From Octopus vulgaris (lineage: Eukaryota): a stretch of DNA of 64,000 nt. Shown piece after piece: positions 36,601-51,720 of this stretch (its first letter is position 1; each line of letters begins with the position of its first letter). Both the position numbers and the translations under genes were made by a program. A model generated the notes under the pieces. That model was not told where the DNA came from. It saw only the letters and a list, made by a program, of their open reading frames with translations, and made no database searches. The DNA lies in NCBI GenBank assembly GCA_951406725.2, contig OX597837.1, forward strand, positions 11,904,001 to 11,968,000. The letters run 5' to 3'.

Positions 36601-38412
36601 ACAAACATATACCCCAGAAAAATATAAGCATATTATAGATATATATGTTAGAAGTACTGGGGGTGATGTACAGATTATATATATATACACACATACACAC
36701 AACGTATTATAGTAACAGGCGCCAGTAGGTATATCTTAAGTGAATGTGTGAACAAACACACTGACAGCGGATAGATGCGACATTCAGTGAACAAATGTCT
36801 AAGGGTGGCGGTGGTTTTAATGCCAGTAATGGCGGGAACGTATGTGTAGATATATACATCAATTAGTTGCTTACGAAACAACCAGCCCCCCTTTCTCTCT
36901 TTCACATATATATATATACATTCACACATTGTTTCTAGCACATATTACACACTCGTAGATACACCTACACATATATATACGCAAACAGACGTAGAGGCGC
37001 GCACGCTGCTGAAGTCTCTTAGAAATTCAATTCCACTTATAATAAATATACGTATTAAAAGACAAGTGGCGGGTGACACGAACGACGAAGCTTCGGTGGT
37101 GGTTGCTGGATCGGCTAGACATAGCAGCCAAATCTCACACAAACCAGTATCTTAAATAACGGAAAGATAAGATGATAAAATCTTAGGTAACGGTCAAGGC
37201 TGGACTGCTTTTGATCTTAAGGCAACTCGATCCGAAATGACCTGGGGTTAAAAAAAAAAACAACAATACTTCTTTTCTTTTTTATTCGCAATGTCGTCAT
37301 CGCTATTTTCCAGTTAATTATTAAACTAACTTTTGGTTTTTGTTCGGTTCCCTGTGATTAGATCAGTGCTAGCGACATGCATTGTTTGTTCCATTACTGG
37401 AAACATTGATTATGAGCCAACCCAGGGTCGGGTCTTCGGTGATGCCATATATCCTCACGAATGGTTTCTCATATTTATTGCTTGGTAAAGGCCATGCAGT
37501 TTATGTCGACAGAGGCTAATAAAACCCTAGTTTCACACCAACCACCCTCATATTACACACTAAGAATTTTATTTCACCAGTCAGGGATAAACTCCCTCAT
37601 CCTGAAAAGATCTGAGGTCAAAATAAACCATTACTTTTCGCTAGTTCTGTATACATATTTTTTCTATCATTCCACCCCGCTTTATATGCCTTTGTATTGT
37701 CCCACCTGGTGACAAATAAAAAGAAAATCGGGTGTTTTCTTGAGTTATTATTTTTCTTTGTTACCGTTATTTCACTTTTTTTTTTAACACACCTTCATAT
37801 AATCTTATCTCAGTATATTATATCGTCCTGTACCATCCCCGATCTGTTTGTGAACTTAGGGGTTAATAAAGAAATCATTATTATTATTATTGTTATTATT
37901 ATTATACTTCTTAGCGATGAAGGAAGATCCAAGTTTTCCAAATTCAATCGACTGGGTGGGGGGCAAAAGGCTAATTCAACCTCGGCGCGGGATTTGAACT
38001 TTAACGAAAAAAAAAAGATGCGTCAATTAAATACCGCAAGGAATTTAGTTCCGTCTGCCTCAGCCATTCACAAGAGAAGTGGTGGTGGAGGTGGTGCTTG
38101 GCAGCGGCGGTGGCAATAAGGACACGGAATATAGGACAATATTTACGAAACAATACGAAGGGTGGAGTTGTAGGAATAATAGCTGTCCTTCGAAAATTCC
38201 ATACCACATGGGAAAGGAAAAGGGTGCGAAAATAAGACGTGGGCAATATATATATATATTTATTTAAAAAAGGATTTTAAATTAATTTTTTTTTTACAGA
38301 ATCGAAAATTCCGTTACATGAATGAACAAAGATTTCCTTTATTTTACAATAAGGTAACACGACTTGGAAGGACATCCACTCCAAAACTAAGCCACACTTC
38401 CCAAAGAAATAT

Positions 38413-38466
<54 letters not shown>

Positions 38467-40377
38467 TGCATGCATTCACTTGTACTAGAAACAATAAGCT
38501 AAATGTCCTTCAAGTCAAACCCTACAATCTCAAGCGGTGGAGAGAGTGCCGTGGATAATGAAATCTATAATATGCATCTACACATACACACAGGGCGTCA
38601 TGGTCGTGGAGCCAGAAAGACGGGATGCCTGAGGCCAGAACACTTCTGGTCACCGTTCTCTTTAGGTCGGGAACTGAGCAGGATCTACGTAACACCATCC
38701 AACGATAGGATAAATAAATCCACGTTTTCAATGTTATGAGGCTGAACAGGAAGTCGACAAAAGTAAACCTTGAAATTCAGCACAATACCATTATTAATAA
38801 ATAATTGTTTCTGATTTAGGTAGAAAGACAGAGGTTTGGAGAGGAAGGGTTCTAGGGTTAATGGATTTATCTACCACCTCCACCATGTACTTGGTATTTT
38901 ATTTCATCAAACTCGGAGAGATGAAATCAAAGTTGACCTAGATGATGATGATAATTACGATGATGGCCGGCAATTTTGAGAAGTGGTTTATTAGGTACCA
39001 TCTACCCAAGTACTCTATTAATCCCATAGGGATGAAAGATAAAGTCGAACTCCAAGATAATAACGGTGGCTAATCTAAGAAGGAGAGCAATTTTGGAAGG
39101 AAGTGTTCGGTCTGTTTCACTAACTCCAGGAGGAATGAAAGATTATGATGACCTCAGTGGTGATTTAATAATCCCTTTCTATTGTAGGCACAAGGCCGGC
39201 AGTTTTTAGTGAAAGGGAGTTGGCGATTTACATCGACCCCAGTGCTCGACTGGTATTTATTTTAGCAACCCCGAAAGCGATGAAATGCAAAGTCGACCTC
39301 GACAGAATTTCATCTAAAAAAACGTAAAACCGGAAGAAATGCCACGAATCATTTTATCCGGCGTGCTAACGGTTCTGTAATAATAACTTTCTTAATTTGT
39401 CTCAAAATCTCACAGGAATACAATAAAGGTTAAAGAATATGGGGTTCACGATACCTGTGAGGTTGGACAAAGACGACGGGAAGGTATCAATAATAATAAC
39501 GGTTTTAAACTTCGGCACAAGGCCTACCATTTTAGAGGAAGCGGCTAGACGATTATGGCGAAGGTAAAGAATACGCACACACCACCTATTTTCGGGGTTT
39601 AGGGTTAAGGTTACGCCGAAAACGGGTCAATTATATCGACCCCAGTACTTGACTGGGATCCGGTCAAAGTGAAAAGATCCCTTGACTGATACTTTGTTTT
39701 ATCAACCACGAAAGGCAAAACTAACCTCAGTGGTATTGGAACTCAACGTAAATAAACCAGGAGAAAAGACAATAAGCAGTTTGTTCGACACACTGAATAT
39801 TCTACCACCTCGCCCCCCTAATAATAGTAATAATTCTTTCTATCAGCAAAAAACCCGAAATTTTGTAGGAAGGGGTTAGTGGATGACATCGAAGACCCCC
39901 AGTTCTTAAATGGTACTTAATTTTTCGACCGCGAAAGGATGAAAGGCCAAATCGACCTCGGTGGCATTTGAACTCGGGACGTAAGGAGCCGAAAGAAATG
40001 CCTACACAACAACAATAATATTAATAAAGAAGAATCGTTTCTATCATAAAAGACAAGGCACCAAAAATTAGGCGGAAATGGAGCGGTTAATAGGTCGAAC
40101 TCAGTACTTTTACAGGTACTTTTCTAATGTGTGTCAAGAGGGATTTAATTTGAAGCAATTATTTATCATCGATATAAATGAGGGGGAGAGGACACACGAA
40201 CATCATCACCACTACGAGGTACCAGCATCTCCATCACAATTGTTGCATCATCATCATCATCAGATACAAGATGAGAAAATTCATTGACATTTCGTTCACC
40301 AGCAAAATATTCTGACTCCAATAAACGACACACACAATATATGTATACATATAGCCACACACATGTACCTATATACC

Positions 40378-40410
<33 letters not shown>

Positions 40411-42330
40411 ATATCCACATATACTTTTGGCCATTATGTTTAATTATTGGCTAAGAATGGACAAACATAAACACACTAAGTGGATGGAATTCGTGGTAAC
40501 ATGTCAGCAGAGACGACAATGTAATAGACATACAATAACAATAAGCTCATTATAAACGCACACACACACAAGCTATACAATAAGCCCATTATTTCATATA
40601 CAAATATATACACACATATATAAAAACACAGAAAGCGAATTTTCTGTTATATACACGCACTACACAAAAATTCAAAATATACACACTATACACTAAGCTA
40701 ATTTATAGACACACATTTCTCCCTTCTTTCATTTTAGATTCAAAACACGTTGGATTTTTTTGAAGTATCATAATGCAGACACTACAACGTCTAATGGGAT
40801 TTTAATTGAAGTTATATCTAGATATTTTCTATGCTTTTAAAATATATATTTCTTTCTCAACCAAAGACAAAATGACATTAGTAAAAATACACAGTAGGCA
40901 ACAAAAAAAAACTATATATATACACATACATACACACCATACATACATGCTTACAAACAAGCACTCGTGGGTCCTATCCAATTTGGGACGGTATAATTAC
41001 GACGGATATTAGACAAATGTTGAGAAATTAACGTAAAGCAGGTAAACAAGACTTGGTAGACAGCATGTATTTAGAAAATAAAACAACATTGGACATTATT
41101 TATGAACCAGTATCATTAAATACACAAGAAACACTACTAATAAACGAGGGCAAAATCTGTGGTCGTAAGATCTGCTAGAACTAGTAGCTAAATCTTTAGA
41201 ATGACACCCTAATGTCTTTAGGTAAGGAATAGCTGTGTAGATAGTATATAGCACATCGTTATCATGTGTAACCCTAATTCTGTGTAGGCAGTCACGGTTG
41301 GGCTTGGATTATGTTTATTATATTTTACCATAGGTCAGGTCTGTTAATTGGCAAAAGTTAACCCAGGGTTAAGTGCAGATATAGGCATTTATGAAACCTT
41401 ATTGACAGTAATTAGCAATTTATTGCCTGGCTACAAACCATTCTACCCCTTTCGAACGGTACATGACATGCAAAGGGCTATATTTAATAGATTAAACATT
41501 ACTTTCCATATATATATATAGGTAGGTGTATATATATATATATATATATACACACACATATACACACGGTTAGCAATTTGTGGCGGCGGTTTATAAAAGG
41601 TAAGAAGTTAAGACGACCCAGAGCGAAATTCGAACACAGAACAGCGAAATGGTGAGGAATCAGTCTAAACTGATGTTATAATTAAGGTAATCGATTTAAA
41701 GAAAGAAAAAAAAGAAAATCAATTAACGATGCTAAATTTCTTAATTGAATAAAAATAAATTGAATCAAATGTAAATAAAATAATTATACAATTAAAAAAA
41801 ACAACGAAAACCCAACATCGAGGATGATAGACGTATACATATATATATATATGTATACACATATATATGAAAACGTGTGTATATATATATATATATATAC
41901 ATACATACACAATTATATGAAAACATACATAGACACAATTATTATTAAAACATATATATATATACATTTAATTGAAAACTCATCTATTCAATTATGATCG
42001 TGTGTATGTATACATGTGTGGGTGTTTAATATACATATGTATATAACATATACGCAATTATATATATGCGTATGTACATTTCATCCATCCATACATACAC
42101 ATATATATGTATATATATACATATATATAATCTGAGATTTGCCATGAAGACAATCACAGAGAGAGAAAGAGACATGAGACAGACTCATCACAGGCAGAGA
42201 ATGGAGACGTTGTGAATGTCTGTCTTTATAAAACGGGCACTGAGGCTTATGGAGGGCTTTTTTTTTCTTCTCTTCGCTAATAACCATCAGGCATGTGGCG
42301 CATGCAAGGTGGGAAACACAAGTAACTTAC

Positions 42331-42348
42331 CGCTTTGTTAGAAGCCAT
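42331..42348 (-). CDS. Candidate first coding (or uORF) exon MASNKA of the minus-strand gene
   Basis: ccaagATGG (strong Kozak/YY1-type context) followed by a perfect donor GCG|GTAAGT, next to a CpG-rich promoter-like block. It joins in frame to 29685 if the CATTAG| acceptor is used. The link to PHF20 is inferred. Confidence 0.45.
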
Positions 42349-42870
42349 CTTGGAAAATATTTGTTGATACGAACCGCTCCCCCTTTTTATAAGCCAGGGC
42401 AGGATCGGGTCTTTTTTTTTTGTGGTTTTTGTGGTATTTTTGTGTATTTTTGTGTATGTGCGTGTGCGTGTGTGTGTTGGTGTTGGTGTGTGTGATATTT
42501 TTTTTTTTTATTTATTGTTTTTTTAGTTGGCCCTCGTCAGCCGAAACCGAGAGCAGCAGCAGCAAAGCCAAGCGGATTTTGAAAGCGGAGGAGAAAAACG
42601 AATAACGCGCGGCGCGCGGGGCGCACCATCATCATTGATAATAATAATAATAATAATATTACAGAGACTTCGACATCAATTACTCCGACGTCACCACCGC
42701 CACCATCATCAACATCGTCGCAGAATGAGACAGAGGAAGGGAGGGAGGGAGGGAGGAAGGAAGGAAAAGAGTAGAGAGTGAGAGAGAAAGAGAGAGGGGG
42801 AAGGAGAATGGAAGAGAGAGAGAGAGAGACAGATGGAATGAGAGACAATGAGAGAGAAAAACGAGAGATT
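42349..42870 (-). promoter_or_regulatory. CpG-rich promoter / 5' leader region of the minus-strand gene
   Basis: TE-free, CpG-dense block (cgcgcggcgcgcggggcgc at ~42606-42624; CRE-like gacgtca at ~42687), a GA-repeat tract, and TATAAAA on the minus strand at 42385-42391. Confidence 0.5.
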
Positions 42871-42937
42871 ATTATGTAATTAGTTCAAACAGTGCGTGCA
42901 TATCTCTCTCTTTTTACTTCTCTACCACTTTTCACAC

Positions 42938-43455
<518 letters not shown>

Positions 43456-44614
43456 CGCACACACGTATGTGTGTGTAGATATCTTAAACTTCCTTATTTA
43501 ATTATCTCAAGTTCTCCATCAGAAACAAACCAAGAAGGACAACTTTTTTTTTCTTTTCTTTTTTTTTTTGTCACTTGACCTGCAAGACACAATAGCTTAT
43601 TCTCTCCTTGAATCACTTCCTCCTGTCTGAAAGCAGGACACATTGGATGAATTCTTTCTTTCTTTTTTTCTTAGACGGGATGGTCACGGTTTTGATCGCC
43701 ATTTGTTCATAATGATTTTCCTCTTCAGGACCGATCTGCTACTAAAATAAACAACTTTTCTCAATTTCGCTTCTATGTGGTCGCTCACTCTGCTAAAAAT
43801 AGCAGCTAAGTTTATCTCAAATCGATTACTTTTCGACAAAAGGACAAAAAAAAAAAAAAAAAGAAGAAAGGATATTCTTTCGGTTTGTGATCAAAAAGTC
43901 AAAAACGAAATATTGACGTTATTTGACAAATGTCCTGGCAGACATGTCGAAAAGACAACCCACGCCAATTTTTTTTTTTTTTTTCTCATTCAAAACTTTC
44001 TTTGGATTCCAGTTTTCAACTAAAGAAATTTTGCCAAATAGTTAAATAAATATTTTTTGCTTTTAGCTTTTTCAATATTTTGTTTGTTTTAATGGGGATA
44101 GAATTGGGGTAGATTCCAGATTACGATTCTAAAAAAAAAATTTTTAATTTCATTTTCATTTTTTGTTCAGACTAATCAGTTTTTATTGAGAATAATTCTT
44201 TCACTTTCACTTTGTGATCATAAAACGAAAGAAGGCAAAAACAAAAAATAAAAACAAAAATTTAAAAAATACTAGGTCAGGCATGGGTGTGTGGTTATAA
44301 AACCCGCTTTGCAAACACGTGGTTTGGAGATCAGTCCCACTGTGTGGTACTTTGAGCGAGTTTCAACTATAACCCCAAGCCAATGAAAGTCTTTGGAATG
44401 ACTCAGGGAGACGGAAACGTGTGGAACTTGCCGTGTATATTGTGTGTGTGTGTGTGTGTGTGTATTGCTTAGGCATTGCGAGACTAGTAACGTGGTGTAC
44501 TATTCAATACACATATGCTTCAGAACTAAGTCCTAGATAAGTACAGAGCCGAAACAGCTGTAAGCTAATAAAGTTCAAAAGATAATTGTTTATTCCTTAA
44601 TCACCTCATTCTCT

Positions 44615-44651
<37 letters not shown>

Positions 44652-44655
<4 letters not shown>

Positions 44656-44911
44656 GATATAGTGTATATTTAAACACATAAGGAATCCATTTATAGGGAA
44701 TTCAGCACGCTAGAAAGAACAGCTAGGTTCTGTAAACCACAAAAATAACGGATAAAATTTCAACAATGGTAAATGTTTTTCATTTCCAAATTTATTCCTG
44801 TCGAATTTTATCCGTTATTTTTGTGGTTTACAGAACCTAGCTGTTCTTTCTAGCGTGCTGAATTCCCTACAAGTGGAATCCTTATGTGTATAAATATACA
44901 CTATATAGTAT
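44652..44911. repeat. Long inverted repeat (foldback), ~113-bp arms and ~33-nt loop
   Basis: tagggaattcagcacgctagaaagaacagctaggttctgtaaaccacaaaaataacggataaaatt is mirrored exactly by the right arm. Confidence 0.9.
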
Positions 44912-45047
44912 GACTAATATATAGCCTTCTTGACTAATTTTTTTTTGCACGTTAGGCCACTGGAAATGTAAATTTTGATTGAATGTTTTAATTTTAATTA
45001 AATTCCATTTCTCTTTGACATGCTTTCCATGCTAGCATGGGTTGGAT

Positions 45048-45089
<42 letters not shown>

Positions 45090-45091
<2 letters not shown>

Positions 45092-45483
45092 CACAGGACT
45101 GGCTGTGTGGTAAGTAGCTTGCTTACCAACCACATGGTTCCGGGTTCAGTCCCACTGTGTGGCACCTTGGGCAAGTGTCTTCTACTATAGCCTCGGGCCG
45201 ACCAAAGCCTTGTGAGTGGATTTGGTAGACAGAAACTGAAAGAAGCCTGTCGTATATATGTATATATATATTTGTGTATGTGTGTGTATATGTTTGTGTG
45301 TCTTCCAACATCGCCTGACAACCGATGCTGGTGTGTTTATGTCCCCGTCACTTAGCGGTTCGGCAAAAGAGACCAATAGAATAAGTACTAGGCTAACAAA
45401 GAATAAGTCCTGGGGTCGATTTGTTCGACTAAAGGCGGTGCTCCAGCATGGCTGCAGTCAAATGACTGAAACAAATAAAAGAG
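45090..45483 (+). mobile_element. SINE family A, full length
   Basis: Same structure as above. Further copies at ~47425-47738(-), 48559-48950(+), 55478-55836(-), 56315-56720(-), 61415-61775(+) and many diverged ones. Confidence 0.9.
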
Positions 45484-47169
45484 TATATATATATATAAAT
45501 GTGACGAGGGTGTTAAGAAGCACCTACATTGCTAGAAATAGGAGCTAAAATGCTCTAATGCTGTAGCTAACACTCATGAATGAAAATATATATAATAATA
45601 GGGACCTGAATTGTTTGAAATATCTCTAGCAGGAGTGGCTGTGTGGTAAGTAAGTAAGTAGTTGGCTTACCAATCACATGGTTCCAAGTTCAGTCCCACT
45701 GCGTGGCATCTTGGGCAAGTGGTTCAACAAAAGGGCCAACAGAAGTTACAGGGATGAAAACAAACTAACACCGGTTGTCAAGCAGTTGTGGGAAACAAAT
45801 ATAAACACACACACACACATATGTATACATAAGCTTAGAAGCATATTGTGTTTATCAATGCCTTTAGAAGGATCTTTTCTGGGTGGAAACCCTCATCTCT
45901 TGGCATTTTAACAACACACACACTGTGAAGTGGTTGGCACTAGGAAGGGCATCAAGCTGTGGAAACCATGCGAAAGCAGACAATAGAGCCAGGGGCAGTT
46001 CTCTTGAGGTTTGCCATTTCCTGTCAAACTGTCCAATCCCATGTCAGCATGGACAACGGATGTTAAATGATGATAATGAATAATGTATATACCATCACCA
46101 TCACTACTACCACCACCACCACCACCACCACCACCATCATCATCATCACCATCACCATCATTTAGCATCTGTTGTGCATTCTGGCATGGGTTGGACAGTT
46201 TGACTAGGGTTGGCAAAGTTAGAAGGCTGTACCAGACTCCAGTCTGGTTTCTACAGCTGGATGCCCTTCCTAACAGTAACCACTTGAAAGCGTGTGCAGG
46301 GTGCTGTTATGTGCCACTGTCATGGGTGCCATTTGCATGACACTGGTATCTGCCATTACTGCAATTTTCCTCAGCTTCATGGGTCTTCTTCTCAAGCATG
46401 ACATAATTCCAAAGGTCTCAGTCATTGCCTCCATGAGGCCCAACACTTGAAAGGAGCTTTCCATGTACCACCAGTGTCAGTCACAACTATGATTTCACTT
46501 GGCTTGACGGGTCTTCTCTTATATATACACACACACATATATATAGCTTCATCTAGCCGTTGCCAGCCTCGTCTGGCCCCATGCCGGTGGCATGTAAAAA
46601 GCAACAATCCGATCGTGGCTGTTTGCCAGCCTCGCCTGGCACCTGTGCCGGTGGCACATAAAAAGCACCCACTACACTCACGGAGTGGTTGGCGTTAGAA
46701 ACGGCATCCAGCTGTAGAAACACTGCCAGATCAAACTGGGCCTGGTGCAACCTTCTGGCTTCCCAGATCCCAGTTGAACCGTCCAACCCATGCTAGCATG
46801 GAAAACGGACGTTAAATGATGATGATGATGATGTGATATACTTTATCACATATATATCTTTTATCCTTTACTTGTTTCAGTCATTGGACTGCAGCTATGA
46901 TTTTTAGGGATTTTAACCAAACAAATCATCCCTCGTTCTCATTTTTTAGGTCTGGTATTCATTCTATTGGTCTCCTTTGCTGAACTGCTAAGTTGGTGTC
47001 ACTATGAATCCATTGGCCACAGTCTTTCATCCATTGTGTCCTTGATCTTTCCCTCCTTCTCCATTGCAGCCCCATTATTTTATATCATCAATCCATATGA
47101 GTGTTGGCCTCAGATTTGAGTGTAGGTCTCAAGTCTGAGTGTAGGTCTCTAGTCTGAGTGTAGGCCTCA

Positions 47170-47370
47170 TCAATCCATCTGAGTAGTCGTTTCTGCTCAT
47201 GCAGGTGCCACTTGGCAACTGCACAGGTCCATTGTTTATTGGTGCACCCTGCAACATGTCTGGCCCATTTGATTTTTCCTAAATGGTATTCAGCAGTAAA
47301 GACCTTCATTCCAGTTCTTTTCATTTCGCATGTGATCCCTCAAAGAGATTCCCAGCATCGATTCCCTCCA
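47170..47370 (-). mobile_element. Degenerate RTE C-terminal remnant
   Basis: MLGISL...KIKWARHVA...W...W pattern, with frameshifts. Confidence 0.5.
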
Positions 47371-47535
47371 TGGTTCTTTGCACTGCTATTAACCACTGTT
47401 CCTCTCTTCATTGGAGGAAGATATCTATTCTTTTGTAAGCCCAGCACTTATTCTATCGGTCACTTTTGCCGAACTGCTAAGTAACGGGGACGCAAACACA
47501 CCAGCATTGGTTGTCAAGCAATGCTAGGGGGATAA

Positions 47536-47579
<44 letters not shown>

Positions 47580-47748
47580 GACAGGCTTCTTTCAGTTTCC
47601 GTCTGCCAAATCCACTCACAAGGCTTTGGTCGGCCCGAGGCTATAGTAGAAGACACTTGCCCAAGGTGCCACGCAGTGGGATTGAACCCGGAACCATGTG
47701 GTTGGTAAACAAGCTACTTACCACACAGCCACTCCTGTGCCTTATATA

Positions 47749-48018
47749 TCTTTATATATAAAAGTGAAGTTGTGTGTCTGTCTCCTACGATTTAGATTCC
47801 TAACTACTCCCACATTTTGCGGTGCAGTATCTTATAGTCGTGATTCATATCGAGCCCTTCTGGGTATTAGTGCGCATCAACGATGAGTCTACGATTTAAA
47901 AAAAAATTTTTTTCCATTTTTAATGCATTTTTTTGCTATTTTTTGGCTATAACTCTCTAAAAATGCTTATATAGTTATTTCCATTACAAACCCGAGCAAC
48001 GCCCGGCGATACTGCTAG
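47749..48018 (+). mobile_element. Non-autonomous Helitron
   Basis: A|TC 5' end, subterminal GC hairpin cccgagcaacgcccgg, CTAG|T 3' end, no TSD. Confidence 0.75.
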
Positions 48019-51000
48019 TTAATATATAAAAGTTTTTTTATTTGTAATGAGATAAAAAACCAAGGCTATGTAGATTTTAGAACATTTATACATAGAAATT
48101 TTTATATACACACACTGACATATGACCAATGTTGAACCCTTTCATCGCATAATCACCGTAGTATTTTGGTTAGGTAATAAAATACAAATAAAAAGTAAGA
48201 AATAGAACTGGAAATACTGGGAATTACAGTTTGTCTCCGATTTGGTCCAGGTACATGATACTGATAAGCCACAAAAATAGCAAGACATCAATGTCCATCG
48301 CTCCCTGAATGGGGGTTTTGGGGGGAGGGGGCTTTCTCACCTGTCTATGACTTTCAGGTGTTTTTTCTACCCAGTGCTTAGAAGGGGGTCATCTCCACTG
48401 CACTATATGGCAGCTGACCAGTAAACAATCAAAGCACAGGCCTTGAGTTTTCAATAATGTTTACAACACTAACAATGCTTCATATTTGAATACACAAAAT
48501 GATCCAAATCTTCATATTTCTGGGAGAGGCTTTTATCTTTCAAACTCTATGCATTATAGGCGCAGGAGTGGCTGTGTGGTAAGTAGCTTGCTTACAAACC
48601 ACATGGTTCCAGGTTCAGTCCTACTGCGTAACACCTTGGGCAAGTGTCTTCTACTATAGCCTCAGACCAACCAAAGCCTTGTGAGTCGATTTGGTAGACG
48701 GAAACTGAAAGAAGCCTGTCGTATATATGTATATATATGTGTGTGTGTGTTTGTCCCCCCAACATCGCTTGACAACTGATAGCTGGTGTGTCTACGTCCT
48801 CGTAACTTAGCGGTTCGGCAAAAAAGACTGATAGAATAAGTACAGGGCTTACAAAAGAATAAGTCCCGGGGTCGATTTGCTTGACTAAAGGTAGTGCTCC
48901 AGCATGGCCACAGTCAAATGACTGAAACAAGTAAAAAGTAAAAGAAAAGAGAGTACCATTTCTTATGTATTTTAAAAAATATATATTTCAATACTTTCCC
49001 AAATAAACATACACTTCATTTTAGAAGCTCTGAGAAAGCTATAAGGTAAAAAAAATTTTTTTTTTCCAAAATTAAATTTTTTTTTTACATTTTTGCTTTC
49101 CAATTCTTTCCAATGTGGTAGTGATAGCTATTTCAAAACTCAATTAATATTTCGTTTTCTCTTTGTCGAAGGGTTCTGAAGAAAATGGTTTGCATTCTAC
49201 TCTTGGTTAAGGTACACACACACACGCATATAATTTAATTCTTTACATGTTATACAGAGGACATATTTTTCTGGCGTCTATGTATCATCTCAATATTATT
49301 CAACCACCAGAGTAACTTGGGACCTATGAAAGCAAAGCTTTATATTATTCAGATCGTGTAAAACAAGGGCTAACTAAAAGTCTGAAAACAAGAAGGGACA
49401 TTTAGGACATGAAAATGCTTTGACAGGCAAACGGTTAAATTACGACTTTGTACAAAAGAGTGATCTTGATGGAACAAATGTACAAGGGCGATAACGTATT
49501 TTGTACACCGGAAGAGTTCCAATCAGGATAAGAGAACTCTGAACAAATCTGAAATGAGAGAGAAAGAGAAAGCGTAAGGAAAGAAGGGAAAAAGCAAAGT
49601 GACCCAAACGGAGACTAAGAGGAATCCCCCCGCCCTTCTCTGGTCTCCTCCCAGCCCAGCTCTGGAGGAAAGATACCGCGGCGGAATGTTGCTGAATTTT
49701 TTGGACTACTTGACCGAAAGAGAAGATTAAAGGATGGAAGGATTCAAGAGAGATTGAATGAAACAGAGGAAAGAAGAAAGAAAAAGAAGAAGCAGAGGAA
49801 GGAATCAAAACAAATGAAGGCAGAAAGAAAGACATTTTGATCTCCAGCAATTAATAATGACGATGATGGTGATAATGAAAAGAAGGACAGCGTAAAAGAA
49901 GATGGCCTTTGCGATGTGATGTGGACAGATTTGTCTTCTCTTTAGCATTGAATGGTTTTTTTTTAAGCTTGACCTTACTCTGTGTCTACACGTGATTGAG
50001 ACAGCAAGCACTTTGAAGGGTTTGTTTTGTGGCCTGTGTAAATAAACAAATCCTGTTGAAGGTTGCTTGCGGGCAGAGGGAGAATCTCAACGAAGATGGC
50101 TAGATGAACAAAGGTGCTCCTCGCTCGGGCCCTTCATATGAGCCGCAGCATTTTCCACAACAGTTTGTTTGCATTCATAAACCCCCCCAACAACACACAC
50201 ACGACGAATTAATTAACAATTAACAGCTCTCAGGACCTATTTTCGAACTCTTAAACAAATTTATGAAGCCGTTGCGACCGGATTGGGTTTTATTTTTGTC
50301 TCTTTTTGGGTAACCTTTCTTACCCCCGGATGAAAATTTTATTTATTAACCATTTGTTTTGATTTTTGTCAAAGTCATACATTATATAAAGCTTATGTTA
50401 CACGACATATCTTGTATGACCAGCTGTATGACATTAACAACATAAGCAAATATCACATATATATATATATAATATATGCATATATAATATATATATTATA
50501 TATAATATATACTGCTTCATATGTGTAAGTAGTATTGACAAAATTTTTGTTTTAAAAAGAAAAACCCTTTAAGGACCCCGCAACAAAACGAAACCTTCCC
50601 CTTAACAAGCAAACTTTTCCCTTTTGATGCTGGTTCATTAAATGAAAAGAATTGGAAATTTTTACCAAAAGCAGAAACAGAAAGAAGCAGTGAAGAAGCA
50701 GCAAAAATCAACAAAAACGAAACGATTTCATGTCATCACTTCCAAGATATTTCTATTTTATTTTTCGATAGCTGAAAAAAGAAAAAAAAAAATCTATCAA
50801 TATTTTCTGTTTTAGCCAATTTCACCAAACATCTTTTGGCAGCAAAAAATTACATTTATGTTACTGCAGTGTAATGTAAAAAGAGAGAGAAAAAGGAAAA
50901 AAGAATGTTTTGACTGCGTCTAATGATTTTATGAAATGAAGGTTATGATTAATAACAACAGTTATAATTAATATTGTTAATGATAATTAATACACTGACA

Positions 51001-51688
51001 CATTAACTAGAATATCGAAGGTGGATTAATTTGCTGATGTTTAAAAGGGAAACAGGAAAACGAAAGTAAACACATCAGAGCAATATTTATAAACTTGAAA
51101 AGGAGAAAGTGTTTGTTATAGCCTTTTTTTTTTTAAAGAACAAGGATTTTTTTATTAAGTCGATGGTTACAACTGGATTTGAAGGAAGACAGAGAGAGAT
51201 CCTGACACGATAAAAGTTTCCCAAATATTTAATATTCAGGAAAAAAAGAAAATGATTGTATACTAACATATGATATAAACAAGAGAAGTGAAAGGTTAAG
51301 AGAGAAAAACCAACTGGAAGAGACCGATTATCGTTGTGGGACATCCTCAGTGTGTGTGTGTGTATAAAAATATATGTTTATATATGGATATATATATAAA
51401 TATATATATACATTGAGTAAACGAACGCACAAAACGAGGAAATCGGAGTAGCAACGGAGTGTATAATGTTCAAACGAATATATTTATTTACATTTGTGTA
51501 GATAGCCAGTCTCTGTCTCTCTCTCTCTCTCTACACACACACTTTTCACATAGCATTCAACATAGATTATAATCAACTGGAATTTAAAAGGAAATAACCT
51601 AAACACAAGGAAAGCACGTGCAACTTTAAAGGTCCTACCGAAATATTTACACAGAGACTATCACTCTTTCTCTCCCTATATATATACA

Positions 51689-51720
<32 letters not shown>

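Noticed and set aside
46555-46670. HDV-like ribozyme suggested by GGCC...CCAGCCTCG.CTGGC
   Set aside because: No P1 3' strand or P2 pairing could be placed in the required order.
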